Shown here piece after piece: positions 28,301 to 42,656 of a stretch of 64,000 bases of DNA. Within the stretch, counting starts at the first letter, position 1, and every line of letters starts with the position of its first letter. Location: NCBI GenBank assembly GCA_964658305.1, contig OZ210885.1, positions 1,178,001 to 1,242,000 of the forward strand. Direction: 5' to 3'. The notes beneath the pieces were generated by a model. The model saw only the letters and a list, made by a program, of their open reading frames with translations, was not told the origin of the DNA and did no database searches. The position numbers and the translations under genes are program-made. Source of the DNA: Leptogorgia sarmentosa (taxonomy: Eukaryota).

Positions 28301-31300
28301 TTATGAGTGCAATGGTAAGAATATTTTCATGAGGTGAAAGATGGAATGTTCCATTCAACGAGGCGAAGCCGAGTTGAATGGAACATTCCATCTTTCACCG
28401 AATGAAAATATTCTTTCCATTTCACGAAATAAACATTCATTATTTGTTTTATATGACACCAAAATAAATCATTGACACGAAATACCCGCCATTTTGTTTT
28501 GTTAGTTTACTAAATAAAATTCCATCGCTCACATGGTCGCGCCACGTTCATGGATTCTCCATTAAATGCGTGCGATAATAACATTTTGAGTGATTGAAAA
28601 TAATTAAAACTACCGTGCAATGGAAAGAAATATTTGCACGGTTCCATTGCACGATCATGAAAATGGAATTTCTATTTTATATCACGTGATCGTAAATAAC
28701 CAATTAAATCGCGTCAATTTAACAAAGTGTTATATAATATATTATATACCTCCAAACAAATGCAACACTCGTCATGGGCGGAGCCTTCACGACATTTGTG
28801 GTTTCCACGAAGTTGCACATCCAAACAAACTCCACAGACATCACAATGAAACGAACGATCTCCGTGAATTCTAATTTAAAAACAATTTTTTCATTCAACT
28901 CTATTGGCATTTTCATAAGCTATATCATGATCTTAAGGCCCGTTTACACGAGCGATTTACGATTTTCTCTTTTTGACGGATGTGAACGAGTAAACCAGGC
29001 ATGAGTGTTCCATTGAACTAATGGAGTGTTCAGATGAGGAAGCACGCACTCAACACATTCGTTATTAATCCACTCGTTCACATCTATCAAAAGGAGAGGT
29101 GCATGACAAACATTTCATGATATCAGTAGTCGTTTTTTAAAAACATTTTTACATTTGGCTCTCAATAACTGCATAGTTTTAAATTTCGTATTTTGATTGG
29201 TCTCTTTCAGTCAAGATTAGGAACTATCATAGCAATATAATTAAAGTTGAAATAATCTGTTTCAATGTTTAGCGAGAAGCTTTTTGAACAAATTGAGCTG
29301 GAGAAAAGCTTCACTCATAGTGCATGTTATGTAGCTACAAAAAGCTAATCAAATTATACCTGCAGATTCCGCACTTTCCACAATGATACGGATGATCATC
29401 GGTGCCAGTCAAATGTTTACACATTCCACAATAATACTGCGCAAATCTGGCACCACAATTGCAGCAATGTTCACCAAACTAAAAAAATATTTGTAAAGAA
29501 GAAAACGTTCAAAAAGAGCAATTGTAATTATATACCTACACTGGCTACATATTGAATGTTTTTTTTTCACCTTATCATATTTGGTTACATATAGTTCCCA
29601 ACTCGTTAGACAAATATTTGTTATTTGTAACCTTTATTTCCCTTGGATTTTTAAACAAAAAATGCAGATAACCTGTTGCACTTTGTCACAGTAAACGCAC
29701 TTCAGCATCTTCGTGTCACGTGATTTCAGCTTCTTTCGACCACATGTGCTTTGGTTGTTATGACAACGATGACAAGGCCAAAACTTGTCACAACAATCAA
29801 ATTTGACATAACAATGTCGCTTGTAATGACTGCATAACCAGTTGTCGTCTCGGTCAGGGGTCTGGTTACGAGGACCGCCACGCGATTGAAAATTGAAAAC
29901 ATTCGTAGGTTCGTTGTCTTTTCGCTGGAATTTAGAATGTTTTGAACCATTGCTACCAACAGACTGACTGTTTGGTGCGTTGTTTCTCGTTGATGGTTTT
30001 GGAGAGGGACTTGCAGTCATTGCTCTTGTTTCTCCTGTTTTCAAACAGTATTAATACAAATAAAGATTTTGCCTCGATGTGAAGAGTGAAATGTCAAACT
30101 GAAATAACTGATACGTGCGTAATTCTTGCAGCATGAAGCTGATAGTCTGAGGCATTTTAATTTATGAAAGTTGAATAGTGCTGTCATAAAAGAATTTTCA
30201 GCATCTGAAGCGCCATTCAATTGTAAATCATCCTAGTCCTATAAGTGAAATCCTAATCTTATAAGTGAAATCCTATATCTCAAAAAAATTCATATCGAAA
30301 GTACACTCACTTGTAACAGGTCCATCCGCCGCACCCACGTGGGAAACAAACCCAGACGCAACATGTTTGAGTATTGGTTGCTCGGAGGTTATGGAGGAGA
30401 ATTGATTGGCAAATCTAGGCTTAGGAATACTTCGATTCAAGGGATTCAGTGAGGTAGCTTGCTGACTTTGTGGGGAAGCGGTGTTTCGCCCACCACCGTT
30501 GTTTCCTGGCTTCATTGTTGAATTTATGTATCCGCTGGCCTGTAAATGACCCTTGGATGGATTTGGATGGATTGAAAACTGCCCAGGATTCAAAATTCTT
30601 GAAGTGGTTGCATGCCGAGAATTCTGTGCACCATTTGCAGTCTGCTTTTTTGAAGCTGGAGTTTGACGAAGTAAGTCATAATCACCACGTAGAAATGCAT
30701 CGATGACATACACAAGATCGAATCTGATAATGGACTCGAAGAAGTCAGACAGTCGATTCAAATCTGAAGCATTTATGACCCGCTTTTCATCAAGTTGAAA
30801 CAGAACATCAGTAGCATTCTGAGGATTCTCGATTGAAAAATTCTGAGCTGCCCAATCTTTTAGCATCACGACGTCGGAGGCAAGAAGTCTTTGAGCCAAA
30901 GTTAGTAACAGGAGCTTGTAGTTGTTGTACAGAGTTGTTGCGACGGAGACGGGTGGTTTAGAGTCCAGGGATATGTTCTCCATTCCTGAATCGTGCTGTT
31001 GAACAGAGAATGAAAGAACTTCACATGTTTGCTGGGATGTCGGTCCCGAGTTACTACTGGTTGCAATCACATCTTCAAATCCGTTGCCTCCTCTTCCACC
31101 ATCTGCATTCGAGGTAGATGTAAAACTTTCTGTTGGAGGAGATGGATTTTCTTCGCTCAACTTTAAAGACACTGAACCTTGCACTATTTCTTCAGTTTTT
31201 TTCACAGATTGTTCATTGAACGCAGCTGATTGGACAGGTGATGCATTTTTTACCGAAGGATTAGCACTTGCAGTTGTGGTTTCAATAGATGAAGAGTCAC

Positions 31301-32363
31301 TGGGAGAAAAGCTTTCTTGCTCATTCTTTGGGTAGCCAAGCCTTTCGTTTTTTGTTCTGCCATTGCTGGTGGACGCGAGAGATGGTTTAGTTCCAGATGA
31401 TGAGGAATGATAAATTTTACTGAACAACTCGGATTTTCTTTCTTCGTTTCTCTTTGCATTTTCCTCGACAGAGAATTTTTCAAGCTCGAACAAAGACTCT
31501 TCATACTGATGGTTTTTCATTTCTAGCGATTCCACTTGTTTTCGGAGGGAACGGTTGTCATCTTCTAGTTCCTGCATTTCCTTCAGGTTTGGTTGGATGG
31601 ATTCAATACCTCCTTTTTTGCGTATTTTCGAATCTCTTTTCATGGTCTGGAATTTTCCATTTTCCTTCATTCCCATTGACTTTTCGTGAAGTGTATCAGG
31701 ATCATTTCCAGGATTTCTTAGACCGAAATTCGGAAATTCTTTGCAAACACTAGGTGGTTGGTAAGTGTAATAGCCAACATCGTTTTCCATGTCGATATCT
31801 CTTGTCTTGGGCTTCTCGAGAGCAAATTCCCCAGATTTTCCACATTCGTTGATGTCGTCTTGGGGACTTTTTTTTGTTTTCAAGGAACGTAAGCCATTTA
31901 ATAGGAAACGGAAGTTGGTATTATCTGCTGTGAAAAATTCGTCGAAAGCTTTTTTTCCATTATCGAACAAGAGTTTTATTTGTCTAGCAGTTTCTTGGCT
32001 TGGTTTTTTGAAATGGCTCTCAAACAAATCTAATGAATGCATAGCTTCTAAAAACGGTGCTTTCATCTCAGAGGTGGAATGCAAAATATCAGAGAACGGT
32101 TTCTGATCATCAGGATTTGGCGATTTTATCCCTGTGAATTCGGAATTTGCCTCATTTTTGGGCGAATTAGCATCAGAAGAACTATATGTAATTACAGTGG
32201 GCATACAATGTTCAATTTTATCTTTGCTTTCATTCAATGTCGCCAACGAGTCTTGCAGTGCGACAGGCAACAGTGCATTTATCGCCATAAAAAGACTCTG
32301 AACGATTGCCATTGAACTCTTTGGCGTGATTCCTTCATCAAACCTGTTACGTTTTTTAACCAT
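22316..32363 (-). CDS. DED-CHY-CTCHY-RING-H2 protein, paralogue A (death effector domain plus RCHY1/Pirh2-like E3 ligase module), about 941 aa
   Basis: Exons 32363-30311, 30034-29673, 29478-29360, 28870-28750, 27334-27252, 22403-22316 (2826 nt, in frame). DED at ~30929-30678 (YNNYKLLLLTLAQRLLASDVVMLKDW...DVLFQLDEKRVINASDLNRLSDFFESIIRFDL). CHY: CSHYKRHCYVKFDCCDKFWPCHRCH. CTCHY: YYCGMCKH...YHCGKCGICR...FHCDVCGVC...HKC. RING-H2: CCICLEDAFTGCQILPCSHKVHKECATQMIRSGITRCPICR. Confidence 0.88.
22975..23443. mobile_element. hAT-type MITE inserted in LINE ORF1
   Basis: TIRs catgggcgtacg / cgtacgcccatg; 8-bp TSD ctcactcg/ttcactcg; removing it restores ORF1 (...NNYSL-DRNLNEIL...). Confidence 0.85.
26525..27040. 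mobile_element. Hairpin-centred repeat inserted in the LINE 3'UTR
   Basis: Long palindrome at ~26860-27025 centred on cgcggctacgcctcg; it separates the ORF2 stop (26519) from the LINE tail. Confidence 0.6.
28284..28735. mobile_element. Hairpin-centred interspersed repeat; internally deleted relative at ~16112-16320
   Basis: Central palindrome gaaagatggaatgttccattcaac-gaggcgaagccga-gttgaatggaacattccatctttc; the 5' part (tatacaaataatgaatgtttatgagtgcaatggtaagaatattttcatgaggtgaaagatggaatgtt) also occurs at ~16112. Confidence 0.7.
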
Positions 32364-34426
32364 TGTGTGGAGAAATCAAATCAGGTGGTGGTCTACAAAT
32401 GCCTGAAAAGATAAAGTGCAATATTTAGTAATGTAACCGTTCTTGTCTATATTCAGGAGTCGCCATTCTCTGTCTCATTTATTACATACGGATGTTTGGG
32501 CGTTTGCGCCTCATCAGTCCAGGGTTGCCAAAAATCGTGAATAAATAAGCCAAACTTTTAACAATGCTCCTTGTTTTTCTTTGTGTTAGCCTTTTGTTTT
32601 CATTGTTCACATTTTGGATTATTTATCCATGCTTTCTAACAACCCTGATACCATCTGCATATATAATATATATATACAATACTGTTTAATGAAGAAATCA
32701 ATCAAAATTGGGAGTGAAGCCTCCGGAAAGATTCATCATCTACATAATTACAGATAATTATTTTAAAATATAAAAAAAAAGCTTGGCCGCAAAAGTACTG
32801 GTGCATAGTGACAAAGACTGTTATTTTAGGTCCTTGTCAAATTTCTATATATAGTGTTGACATTGAGCTCACCTGGACAGATAATCTGACTTAACGTTGT
32901 AAGGCGAGAGTTCAAAATCTTGTAGATTATTTGTTCTTTTGTAGGTGGAATACCACGCTTTAACATGAGCTCATCAATGTGACACATTGACCCGCCGATA
33001 ATCAAATGCAACTAAATTAAACAGAGTACAATTGCATTCGTTGAGAAAACATCAACATGATTAACTGTATACATATATTAGGGTGATAATTCCTGGAAAT
33101 GGGTTGACAGTAAATGAATATGTATATCACTTCACTCGAAATGGAAAATGTTGTGGAGGGGTAATCGTATTCCGCGAATTTTCTATTGTAATTTATGCAA
33201 ACATCCAAGCATAAATCTAACTAACGCCTTTATAGGTTCAAACATACTTATGCTTGAGCAAGATGTACAACTACGTGGTTATCAACATTAAATTAAAATA
33301 CGCGAGAATTGTGTCGTAGCCGATCAAATAATAGGTTTTTACAAAATAAACTTGCATTTCAAATATTAACATTAGTCCTGAAGAACAGGCTGGACTTTTT
33401 TGCTTTTTTAAGCGGGGTTTTTTAATTAATTTGAAACAGCTGGTAATTGAATGAAAAATGCTGCATGTGCATGCTACATGTGAATGCATGCAAATTCAAA
33501 GAAGAACAAGTTCTTTCACTTTCACTCTATAAATACGCATCTCTGGCATTCTCTGCATGACAATAACATACAGCTTCCGCGTAAAATTATACATGTACAA
33601 ACGTTTTAATGGGAACGCAGTCGTGTTCTGCTTTCTACTCTGGAAAGGGATAAGAGGAAATAATTATTATAGCGATTTTTTATCGTTTGAAACCTTCTTT
33701 TCCCTTTAGATTACAGTATATTCAGCCAGATCGATGTTTCCATTTCTACATAATTATTATGATATACGATACAACGAATAAGGGGAAATCCCGGAACAAT
33801 TCTGTTGAGGTTTTAGCAAAACTTACATTATACTTTCTCAGTTATAACTTATAAGCATCCTTCATGAGATTAAATTAAAACGTGCCAGCGACAAATGCCG
33901 AACTCTTTTGAAAATGCGAAGAAATTTCTAGCAAAAATGTGACTGGAGTAAAAGGAAATGGTGTGCATGCATGGAAGCTAACTAAATTCCGTTGATTCGC
34001 GTTGATTTATCCAAAATGCAGATAACAGAGCTCCCAGGGCTGATGATAAAGGATTTGTTTTATACAGAAAAGGACAATTTTAACCATACCTTAACAAATG
34101 GTTGTTGAGAATTTCCGTTTATTGAAATTTGAAACTGCTAACGATATTAGTGCACGTCTTGTTTTATTATAGCTACTGCATGGGTATTTTAATTTAATAA
34201 CAATTTTATTGCGTACTTGTATATACAAATCGCTCGCTCGCTCGCTCGGGATAATATCTAAGTGAATACCTCTTCAATACTTCCGGATTTTGAAGATACC
34301 ACTAGTACTGTCAGCGTATACGTACATATAGCAATTTCACATGAACTATAATATAGAATACAGTATCAGTTTATTGTTCCCTATTGCTCATGAAAATTAA
34401 TAAGCAACAAATGATCAAAAACATAC

Positions 34427-34660
34427 CTCAGTCTCCTTTTGATAAATCCCTTCCTCAGACAGACCTAGGATGAAACAAATTGGTAAATTAAGAAACATTG
34501 ATTTCAGGGAATGATAATATCAGGAGCAGGAAGTTCTTTAAAAACAATTCCTGGAAATAGAAACAGCTGACTTCCGTTTCTAAACTTTTACATCTCGATT
34601 TATAAAATAACCGGAAGTAAGTGAAAAAGATTGCGCGGGCGTGATTGGCTAACTCCCGTG
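34427..34660 (-). promoter_or_regulatory. Putative promoter and non-coding first exon of paralogue A
   Basis: The large coding exon is preceded by an acceptor at 32403 and only 39 nt of UTR. A minus-strand donor GAG|GTATGT lies at 34427/34426, with ETS-like CGGAAG motifs (~34511, ~34611) and a CCAAT box (gattgg, ~34642) nearby. Confidence 0.35.
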
Positions 34661-37600
34661 TTGATGTGAGATTATGTAACACAGCTATTTCCCGCTGCTT
34701 CTCGCTATTGCGTTATTCCGCTTTTGTCATCGTGTTATTTTATAAATATAATAGAACGATGTCAACATGGAAAATGTTAACTTTTCTATTCCTTAAATTA
34801 CAAGTTGACTGTATGTAGCTCGACATTTAATCGAAGGTCGAAGTGATAGTAATCGATAGTATATAGATAATAAATTGTATTGTAAATTCCGGCTTATATA
34901 GTTATGCTGATATAAGCATTTTGAAAAGCTGTGACGTTGTAAGAACTCAACAATTGTGAACCTGTAATTCCTGTTTGAAGACTGGTTTATATGTAGTACG
35001 TTATATTAAGTACCCCAACCTGGTGGTACATTAGAATGTACTACGCAGGCACTGTTGAAAAATATTCCTCCCGGAGCGTTAGGAACGTTTACGCCAAAAC
35101 ATTCATCTCGCCTGGGAGAGATACCGACTCCTTCCACCGGGAACTCGTTAAGGCGTTAAGAGTTTCCTGCATGTAAACATTTCACCGGGAAATTCATGCT
35201 TTTCTATCGAAGGCGAGTTACCCGGCAAAGCAAGTTGCTCGGTCAAACGGGTGGGTAACACTCCTCCATATAAACATGTCCTCAGCTTGAAGAATAACAT
35301 TGTTAATAACCGTATGAACAGGGCCAGCCAGCGTTAATTGTGAGGTGCATATTCATATTTTATATTTTATATAAATTGTACGCCTAAAATTATTACTTGT
35401 TCAAGGTTGAAAAAACAACATGCCTGCACATCAAGATGTGTTTTTAAAAACAATGTTCAGCACTTCAAGCGATGCTCCATCTGATTACGGTCCGGGCTCA
35501 ACAACGCTGAACAATATTGATGACAAATGACAATTCTATGAACAACCCGGGCAGCAAAACATTTTTCAGGGTCGAGGATCAAGAAAAACCTCTAATTTAT
35601 CCTTAAGTTGTATAAAAATAGGTTCTCATGGTAGCCAATTGACAATTCTATTGTTTACCTTCGGGTCAGCACAATTTTGGAACGTGCATGGACAGATCCT
35701 TAGGGTCTTGCAAAGATACATCCTTATTTGGAATATTGCATGGAACGTGCAAAGACAGATCCTTATTTCAATGTGATGTTGCAGAATTAAGTACTTAAAT
35801 ATCGAACTAAAGTAGTGAAGAGTTAAAAGTAAACCAACCAATAATTTGCAATTTAGAGAAATAGCTACCAGATAAATCAAGCATTCTCCTAACCGTTTTA
35901 ATTTAACAAATAATCCCTTAAATTTGTCGTCTATACTTTATAGGACAATGTGAATTAGTACACGTTGTAGAAAAAAACTGAGTGAGAAGTCTTTTAGGAG
36001 CTTTTCCACCATTTTGATTATTCACGTGCGCAGACGCAGTATACTGAGATTATAGGTTATTTTTACACTACCGGGGGCACAATATGTACCATATAACAAT
36101 AATAATAATTAAATCGGCATGGCGTTAAGTTAAGTGTATTGATTATTAATTCTACCAGTAAAAACAAAAATCAGGCATCTATCAGGCGATAGTAACCGAA
36201 TTATATTTTCCCCCGTGGTTTTTCAAGTTAGCTGGGTTTATTGTGTGTGATTATTGTTTATGATATTTGATGGTGAATATTTTACTGTTTTCTGTCCAGT
36301 TAAAGATAAACGGTAGACGTCATGTGACGCTTAATTTACTAAACTTCAGCTTTGATTTTCTCGGCATATAGACAGACTTGGTTTATTTTTATTGATTTCT
36401 TCACAAATAAACTCATGCATTGTAAGATGAGTTGTTTTAATGGCGTCGTTCGTATTTTTAAATACGAACAGGACACGTCATTCGAAGTGGCCTTTTCTAT
36501 TTAAAACATCAAAAACAAAGCATGTCATAGGCTGTTAATAATTCTGAAATGGCTGTGATTGGTTTAATTTTCACTGACGTTGCATCAGCGATATCATCTC
36601 ACAAGCCATGGTTTTCGGCTAATATCTGATACGACTGTCATATGGGAAGGTACTCATCAGACCCAGGAAAATATCACCGTACCGCCTTTTCGCCAAACCA
36701 GGCTCACCTGAACAGGCCCTTACAAATTGTCAGAGATGTTTATGTTTTTCTTTGCTGCCATATGGACATGCTACGTATACGGCCTACCGTGTCCTGAGGA
36801 CGATCTAAAAACACTGAGGTTTGACTTATATCACTTGATCATTTTAATACATCGTGTCGATATGTCAGGCAGTTACTATAGCTATAGAATTTTTAGTAAT
36901 GTCAATTTCATTTGGTCCAATTTTGACAATTATAGCATTGGGTTATCGCAAACGTATTATACATTTCACGTGCGCCGGTATAATAATTATATATGTTTAT
37001 GATATAAGGCTGAACTGCTTTCCCATTGTAAGGCCATCGACTAGAGTTAGGCAAAGAACTATTGTTATTCTTTGGGGTGGGTTTTCTTGATTGTTCGGAT
37101 TGGGTGAGGATAGTTATTCAGTGAAAGCACAGCTCATGCAGCCGCGTGTGGACAAATTTTTAAAATTCCATTGCGGTAATTGTCATGGAATACGTACTGA
37201 CCTAGGCAAATAATTTTGCATAGCATCGAAACATGCTTTTCTCATACATTACAAAACTCTCGTCAACTGGGTTCAAAAAATTTGAAAACATGTGCGGAAA
37301 ACTGCATGCTCTAGCTACTTTTTGCTCAATGTCCCCAGACCGGAAATGGACAATTTGTTAGCCTCAAAACGAAAGTGAGCTTAGCGTCACTCAAGTCAGC
37401 CACCACTCAACTCAAAATAACCCCCAAAGAGCAGACTATATAACTACTTGATGTCACAAATCCACTCCAATGCTGATATAGACTGCAAAGTTCCTTCGAG
37501 TGGAGTAAAAATTAATACATAGCTAGTACTCATTCATGCAATAAACCGCACAACGATAGATCGTTCACTAAAATTTATACGTTGCAGTTTATCAGTCTGA

Positions 37601-40600
37601 TGTTTTTAAAGGAAATTACTGAAGTCGATCTTCGTGTCGTTGTATTTGGTGCTTTAACTGCTTTTGAAGACCTAATAAATCTGCACAGTTATAATTTTTT
37701 ACTTGCACTTTAGATCGACTGAATATGTGTCATAGCTACATCTAACAATCATCACCACCGCTTTTATCCGGCATGCATGCATATGTTCTTCTTTATTTAA
37801 TAGTTGAAATCTTACCTTACTACTGTAACTGCAGCCTGAGCTACTGGCAATACGGAAAGTTGCAGTTTCGAATTCAAATTAAAGATGCTAGCCGAGACGA
37901 GTGTGTTGACAAACAAATTGAGTGTTTGGCACTGTTTGCCCATTACTGAATAGCTAGCTTTTTAGCATAATTATATAAATATTCACTATTAGCATATACA
38001 AATTCAAAAGAGTATTATAATGTATTGTATAGTGTATTTTTTGACATGACTAATCCCTCGTCAAATTGATATGCGTACATTGAAGTGCAACCCACAGGTT
38101 CTTCTACTGGCACACGAAATTTAATGATACCTTGAGACACATATGTACAAGGTGCTGCAACTTGAATCGCTCGGATATGAAGGATCAAGATAACAGGGTA
38201 GAATGAAAATAATAAATGAAAAATGTTGTTGTTGGCCTACACCTTTTCCGAGAGCTCTTGCACAGATAAGTGTATAAACGAGGCATGGCCGAATAAAAAA
38301 ACCACAATGCAAAACGCTACGAATTATTAATGAGAGGAGACGTCTATTGCAAACTAAGCACATTTCTCTGTTGTTTATTGTTTTTTTTGTAAAGCTAAAA
38401 TACTTGCTTTCGATCTACTATACTATTAATATCAGCTGCATAGAAAAATACATATTTTAGGTGGAACAATAGTGTGTTGAAATTTGATTGTTGCGTATTT
38501 TCGACGAAATGTGCTCAAAACTTGGCACCTCTTAATTTGCATTCCTCACAAAATCAAATTGTTTTATGATTATTATCTCGACAAAATAGTTCGCTATCTT
38601 CGAAATTGCTTGTGTTCGGGGAACCTAAAAGGAATATAAAACTATAGGAACGTTAATGCATATGTTTGTATAATCAGCACAATTACAAAATGATTGATGC
38701 GAAGCCATCTATCTATAAAGGAAGATTTGAAATTTCTTGTTGGCGTACTCTAGAAAATCTTTTTATAAATTACGAATCCAGCATCAAGTATTCATAAGCC
38801 TGCTGAATATAAGAAACTGAAATTTACTTCGACAACTACTTGCATTTTGAACGCTATAGACACGTGACGTATAGAAATTAATTCTTTGTCACATCAGTAA
38901 CAATGATTCAATTTACTGTTACTGCATGTACATTATTATATGGCTTTTCAAAATTCTCTATTCTAATTGGTTGACAAGCAGTCCGTAAAAACCCATATCC
39001 GGACCGTGGTCCGTATTATTTCCCGAATCTGGACCGGTGTCCGGATGTCGTTTATCTGGCGGGAAATTTCGCTTTGCAAAATAGAAAAGATTTTTGCTTT
39101 TTAATTTTCCAATTTTAATAAAATCTACAGACAAAAATTTCGAACAACCAAATTGTTTTTCATTCAACATGTATGTATATCTACCGTATAATGTAAGTGA
39201 AACTGATGATAGCCGATTTAATTTCACGCGAAAAGCATATATGCGCATAACTCAATTATAAACGGATTATTGACCTCAATTGTTCGGTCTGTACTGTGAA
39301 ATATCAGACTTCAGCCTTTTGCATTGACCTCGCTCCTTCGTCGCTCGGTCCACACTGAAAATCTCGGTCTGATATTTCACAGTACAGATCTCACGCTCGG
39401 TCAATAAATAACCCTTTAGTACTGTAGTTGACAATTCGTTGCTATATACAACATACAACTATACATCGCAGGGCAAATACCATTCATGATCAAATTTCAA
39501 CTGTAATTGATAATCCGAAGGAGAAAACACTCTATCGAAATTATCGGTGGAGGTAGATGAATATTCGAATAGTTGTATGGATATTAATTATCGATCATGA
39601 AAACTTCGAGGTTCGAAACGTTTAACGTTACAGTTACAGAAAAATGATAAAGACCAGTCCGGTCCGACTGTCTCTTCAGTTCAGTCCAATTCAGTGCAGT
39701 CCATGTTTTGTACCATACCCTCGGATATTGGCCTATTTACAAGTATATGGCCAGCAAATAAAGTAGAATGGCAACCTAAAAGTCGTAAAACTAGCAAAGA
39801 GTGTATAGCTTTACCTCTGCTCTTTGGAAAAAAGCGAATGCTTTGAAAGATCTAAACACTTTCCTGGAAAAAGAAAATTATCAATAAAAAAGATCGTTTC
39901 GATCGTTTTTTGCGTATTAGGGGAAATCCCAAATTTTTACTGACTAAGGTTCCAATTTGTAAATTTGAGGTAAATTTTGAATAAAGGTTTAGAGTTTAAA
40001 ATTCTTTTGTAAGGAGAAATCGTACAAATCAATTGGGGGATCCCAACTGCTTTATTCACTTTTGTAAACATGAATTCGAATAATTTAATTGGTTGTAAAC
40101 ACTAGTCAGAGAGCCTAAACGCCGTCTGATTCAATCCTAAAACATATAATCCGAAAACAAACGGTCGCTCCGATTTTGCACAAGACAATAGTCAGGAAAC
40201 ACAATTATTCGATAGTTTGATTAATATATATATAGCTAATTAATGATAACATAAGAACCGCTAGCAATAAACTATAGACCAAGCGTATTTTGCGTAAGCG
40301 CCGAGTTAGGAATTGGCTTTAGGTTTGCTACAACAGTTGCAGCATCAACCCAGTATTATGAAAATAATAAGACGAAATAGTTAAAATCGTAATCTTACTA
40401 ATAATTTAACTCTTTACCTTCTGTATATATCTTCTTGGTTTCAAGAATAAAGCCGTATTACTATATCAGGCACAGAATACTGTACAACTTTTGTTTTTGG
40501 TAAATCGCGCAATATTGACCTCCATGCATGGGGTATAGATGCCCGAGTCTTAGAGGATCAAATTTTCGTTAGCTATACCTATCAAATTACATGATTCGCT

Positions 40601-41419
40601 AAGAAATGTTGTTACATGTAAATTAATCTCGAGATATCCTAGTTACGGTGTTTTTGAACATTTAGGTCCTTTAGATCCCCGGAAACGCCATCTCATTTTA
40701 CTTCATCCAGCGATTAAGAAAAATCAACTTAAATAGTTCGTCCAATTTGTCCACTTTTTCAATGACTCGAGGCTGTACTATGGGACCGACTTTTTCACAA
40801 TTTTAAATAAAGCGTGGACCGACCTTTCTGCGAATTGGGGGGGGGGGGGGGGGGGGGTCATAATTTCATTCCTGACGATGACTAAACAATAGTCGAAACG
40901 TTGAAATAAATCAATTAGGTTGACGATTTTCGGGTTTCCCTTGTACTGTATTCTATTAATTCTAAGTCGTAAAAGCCGTGAAATAGTGTTCCATCAGAAA
41001 ATTGAAAGAATTAGAAGAAGACTAAAATCATTTGAGAAAGAAAATAAAAAGAATTTCAATTTATGCTGGAATTATACCACCTACGCAATCGGGAATTTCC
41101 CTGAGTATCAAATATAGAGACTTTAAGGTTCGTGTTTCCTTTCAACGGCGAACGGCAGGCTTAACTCTTGTTTCAGAATATTGGTTTAAACACTATTGGT
41201 TTAAAATTTTCTTACTCATATCTGAAGAATAGTTGAACATTAGGGTTTTGAAACAAGTGAATTTAGACTATAAGTTTACTGCCTTGCATACAATGAAAAA
41301 TTTGTCTTTGCAGGTGTTTGTCGTTTGTCGTTAGACGTTTGAATATATCTCCAGAATATATCTCTGACGTTTGACCGCAGTCGTGTGGAAACGTTGACTG
41401 ATGTGATGATACATATATC

Positions 41420-41446
41420 TATATATATATATATATATATATATAT
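41420..41446. repeat. (TA)n microsatellite
   Basis: Pure TA run of about 13 units. Confidence 0.8.
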
Positions 41447-41534
41447 CGAATAGTCAAGAAACATGATCATTCAAAAAAATACACAATAAGCGATAAATTG
41501 ATGACAAAGCACATTTAAGGTAAATGTTTAATAA

Positions 41535-42656
41535 TAGAATCTTGGTTGAATACGACGTTGTAGAAATAAATAATCCACTAATTTATAAACGCGTACGCAC
41601 GTACCTTCTTTCTTACCAATACCGCCTTTAACTTGCTCCAAGAAAAAATATAATACGCCAACCCAATCGGAATATTATGGGAGGGAAATAATGATATATT
41701 TGGAATCATACATTAATTATACTTTTGCTGAATTGCGCGTACGTTATTGGCTGTAATTTGATGACCACACTCTTCATACATTACGGGGTCTGGGCCAGCG
41801 AATTTTGCACGGAAATCAGTACGTTCGGAACCAGTACATCGCGTGACTTTCATGCAAACATGACCGCTGCAAAAGAAATCGACGATGTTAATTGTTGTTC
41901 AATCGATTCACGACTTGGCCACAGGGTTGCCAGTTTGGCTAAAAGAGCAAAATTTCTCGATTTGGGCTTCTGTTGCTCTCTTTCCTAAAATTCGGTTTGG
42001 TTTCTTTCAATTTTTTGGCTCTTTGGCCATCTTTTCAAAATAGTAAAATGAAAAACTTTTTAGAAAATTATCACGCCCCAAAAGTAAACGCCCCTAAGAT
42101 CTATAAGTAAAAGGCTAATTTTTAGCCACATTACAACTCAGGGATAACATTTGCAATCAGGAACAGAGTGAACTGCTCTTCGCAGAGGTCCGACTTAATA
42201 CAAAGTTAAATTAGTATAATTTTGTGTTGTTAATTGCTTTAGAAATCACTTTTGATATGTTTCAAATGAGATATTTCAAATTTGATATTATGAGTTTCAA
42301 ACAAAATTTTCCAAAATTACTAAGTTAAGCCCAAGTCCCCGCACTAATTTTCAAGTTTGGCTTCTTTCGGTCGGCCTGGTTTGGCTAATTTTTATCCGCT
42401 TTTGGCTTTTTCCCCAGACCACCTGGCAACCTTGGTTGGCCATCAAATTACAGCCAATAACGTACGCGCGATTCAGCAAATGTATAATTAATGTACGATT
42501 CCAAATGTATCATTATTTCCCTCCCATAATATTCCGATTGGGTTGGCGCATTATATTTTTTCTTGGAGCAAAGGCGGTATTGGTAAGAAAGAAGGTACGT
42601 GCGTACGCGTTTACAAATTAGTGGATTCTGCAACGTCGTATTCAACCAAGATTCTA
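41535..42656. mobile_element. Non-autonomous DNA element with ~230-bp terminal inverted repeats
   Basis: Left arm tagaatcttggttgaatacgacgttg...ttggctgtaatttgatg (41535-~41765) is the reverse complement of ~42436-42656. Confidence 0.85.
41922..42434. mobile_element. hAT-type MITE nested in the long-TIR element
   Basis: TIRs cagggttgcca / tggcaaccttg; 8-bp TSD cttggcca/gttggcca. Confidence 0.75.
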
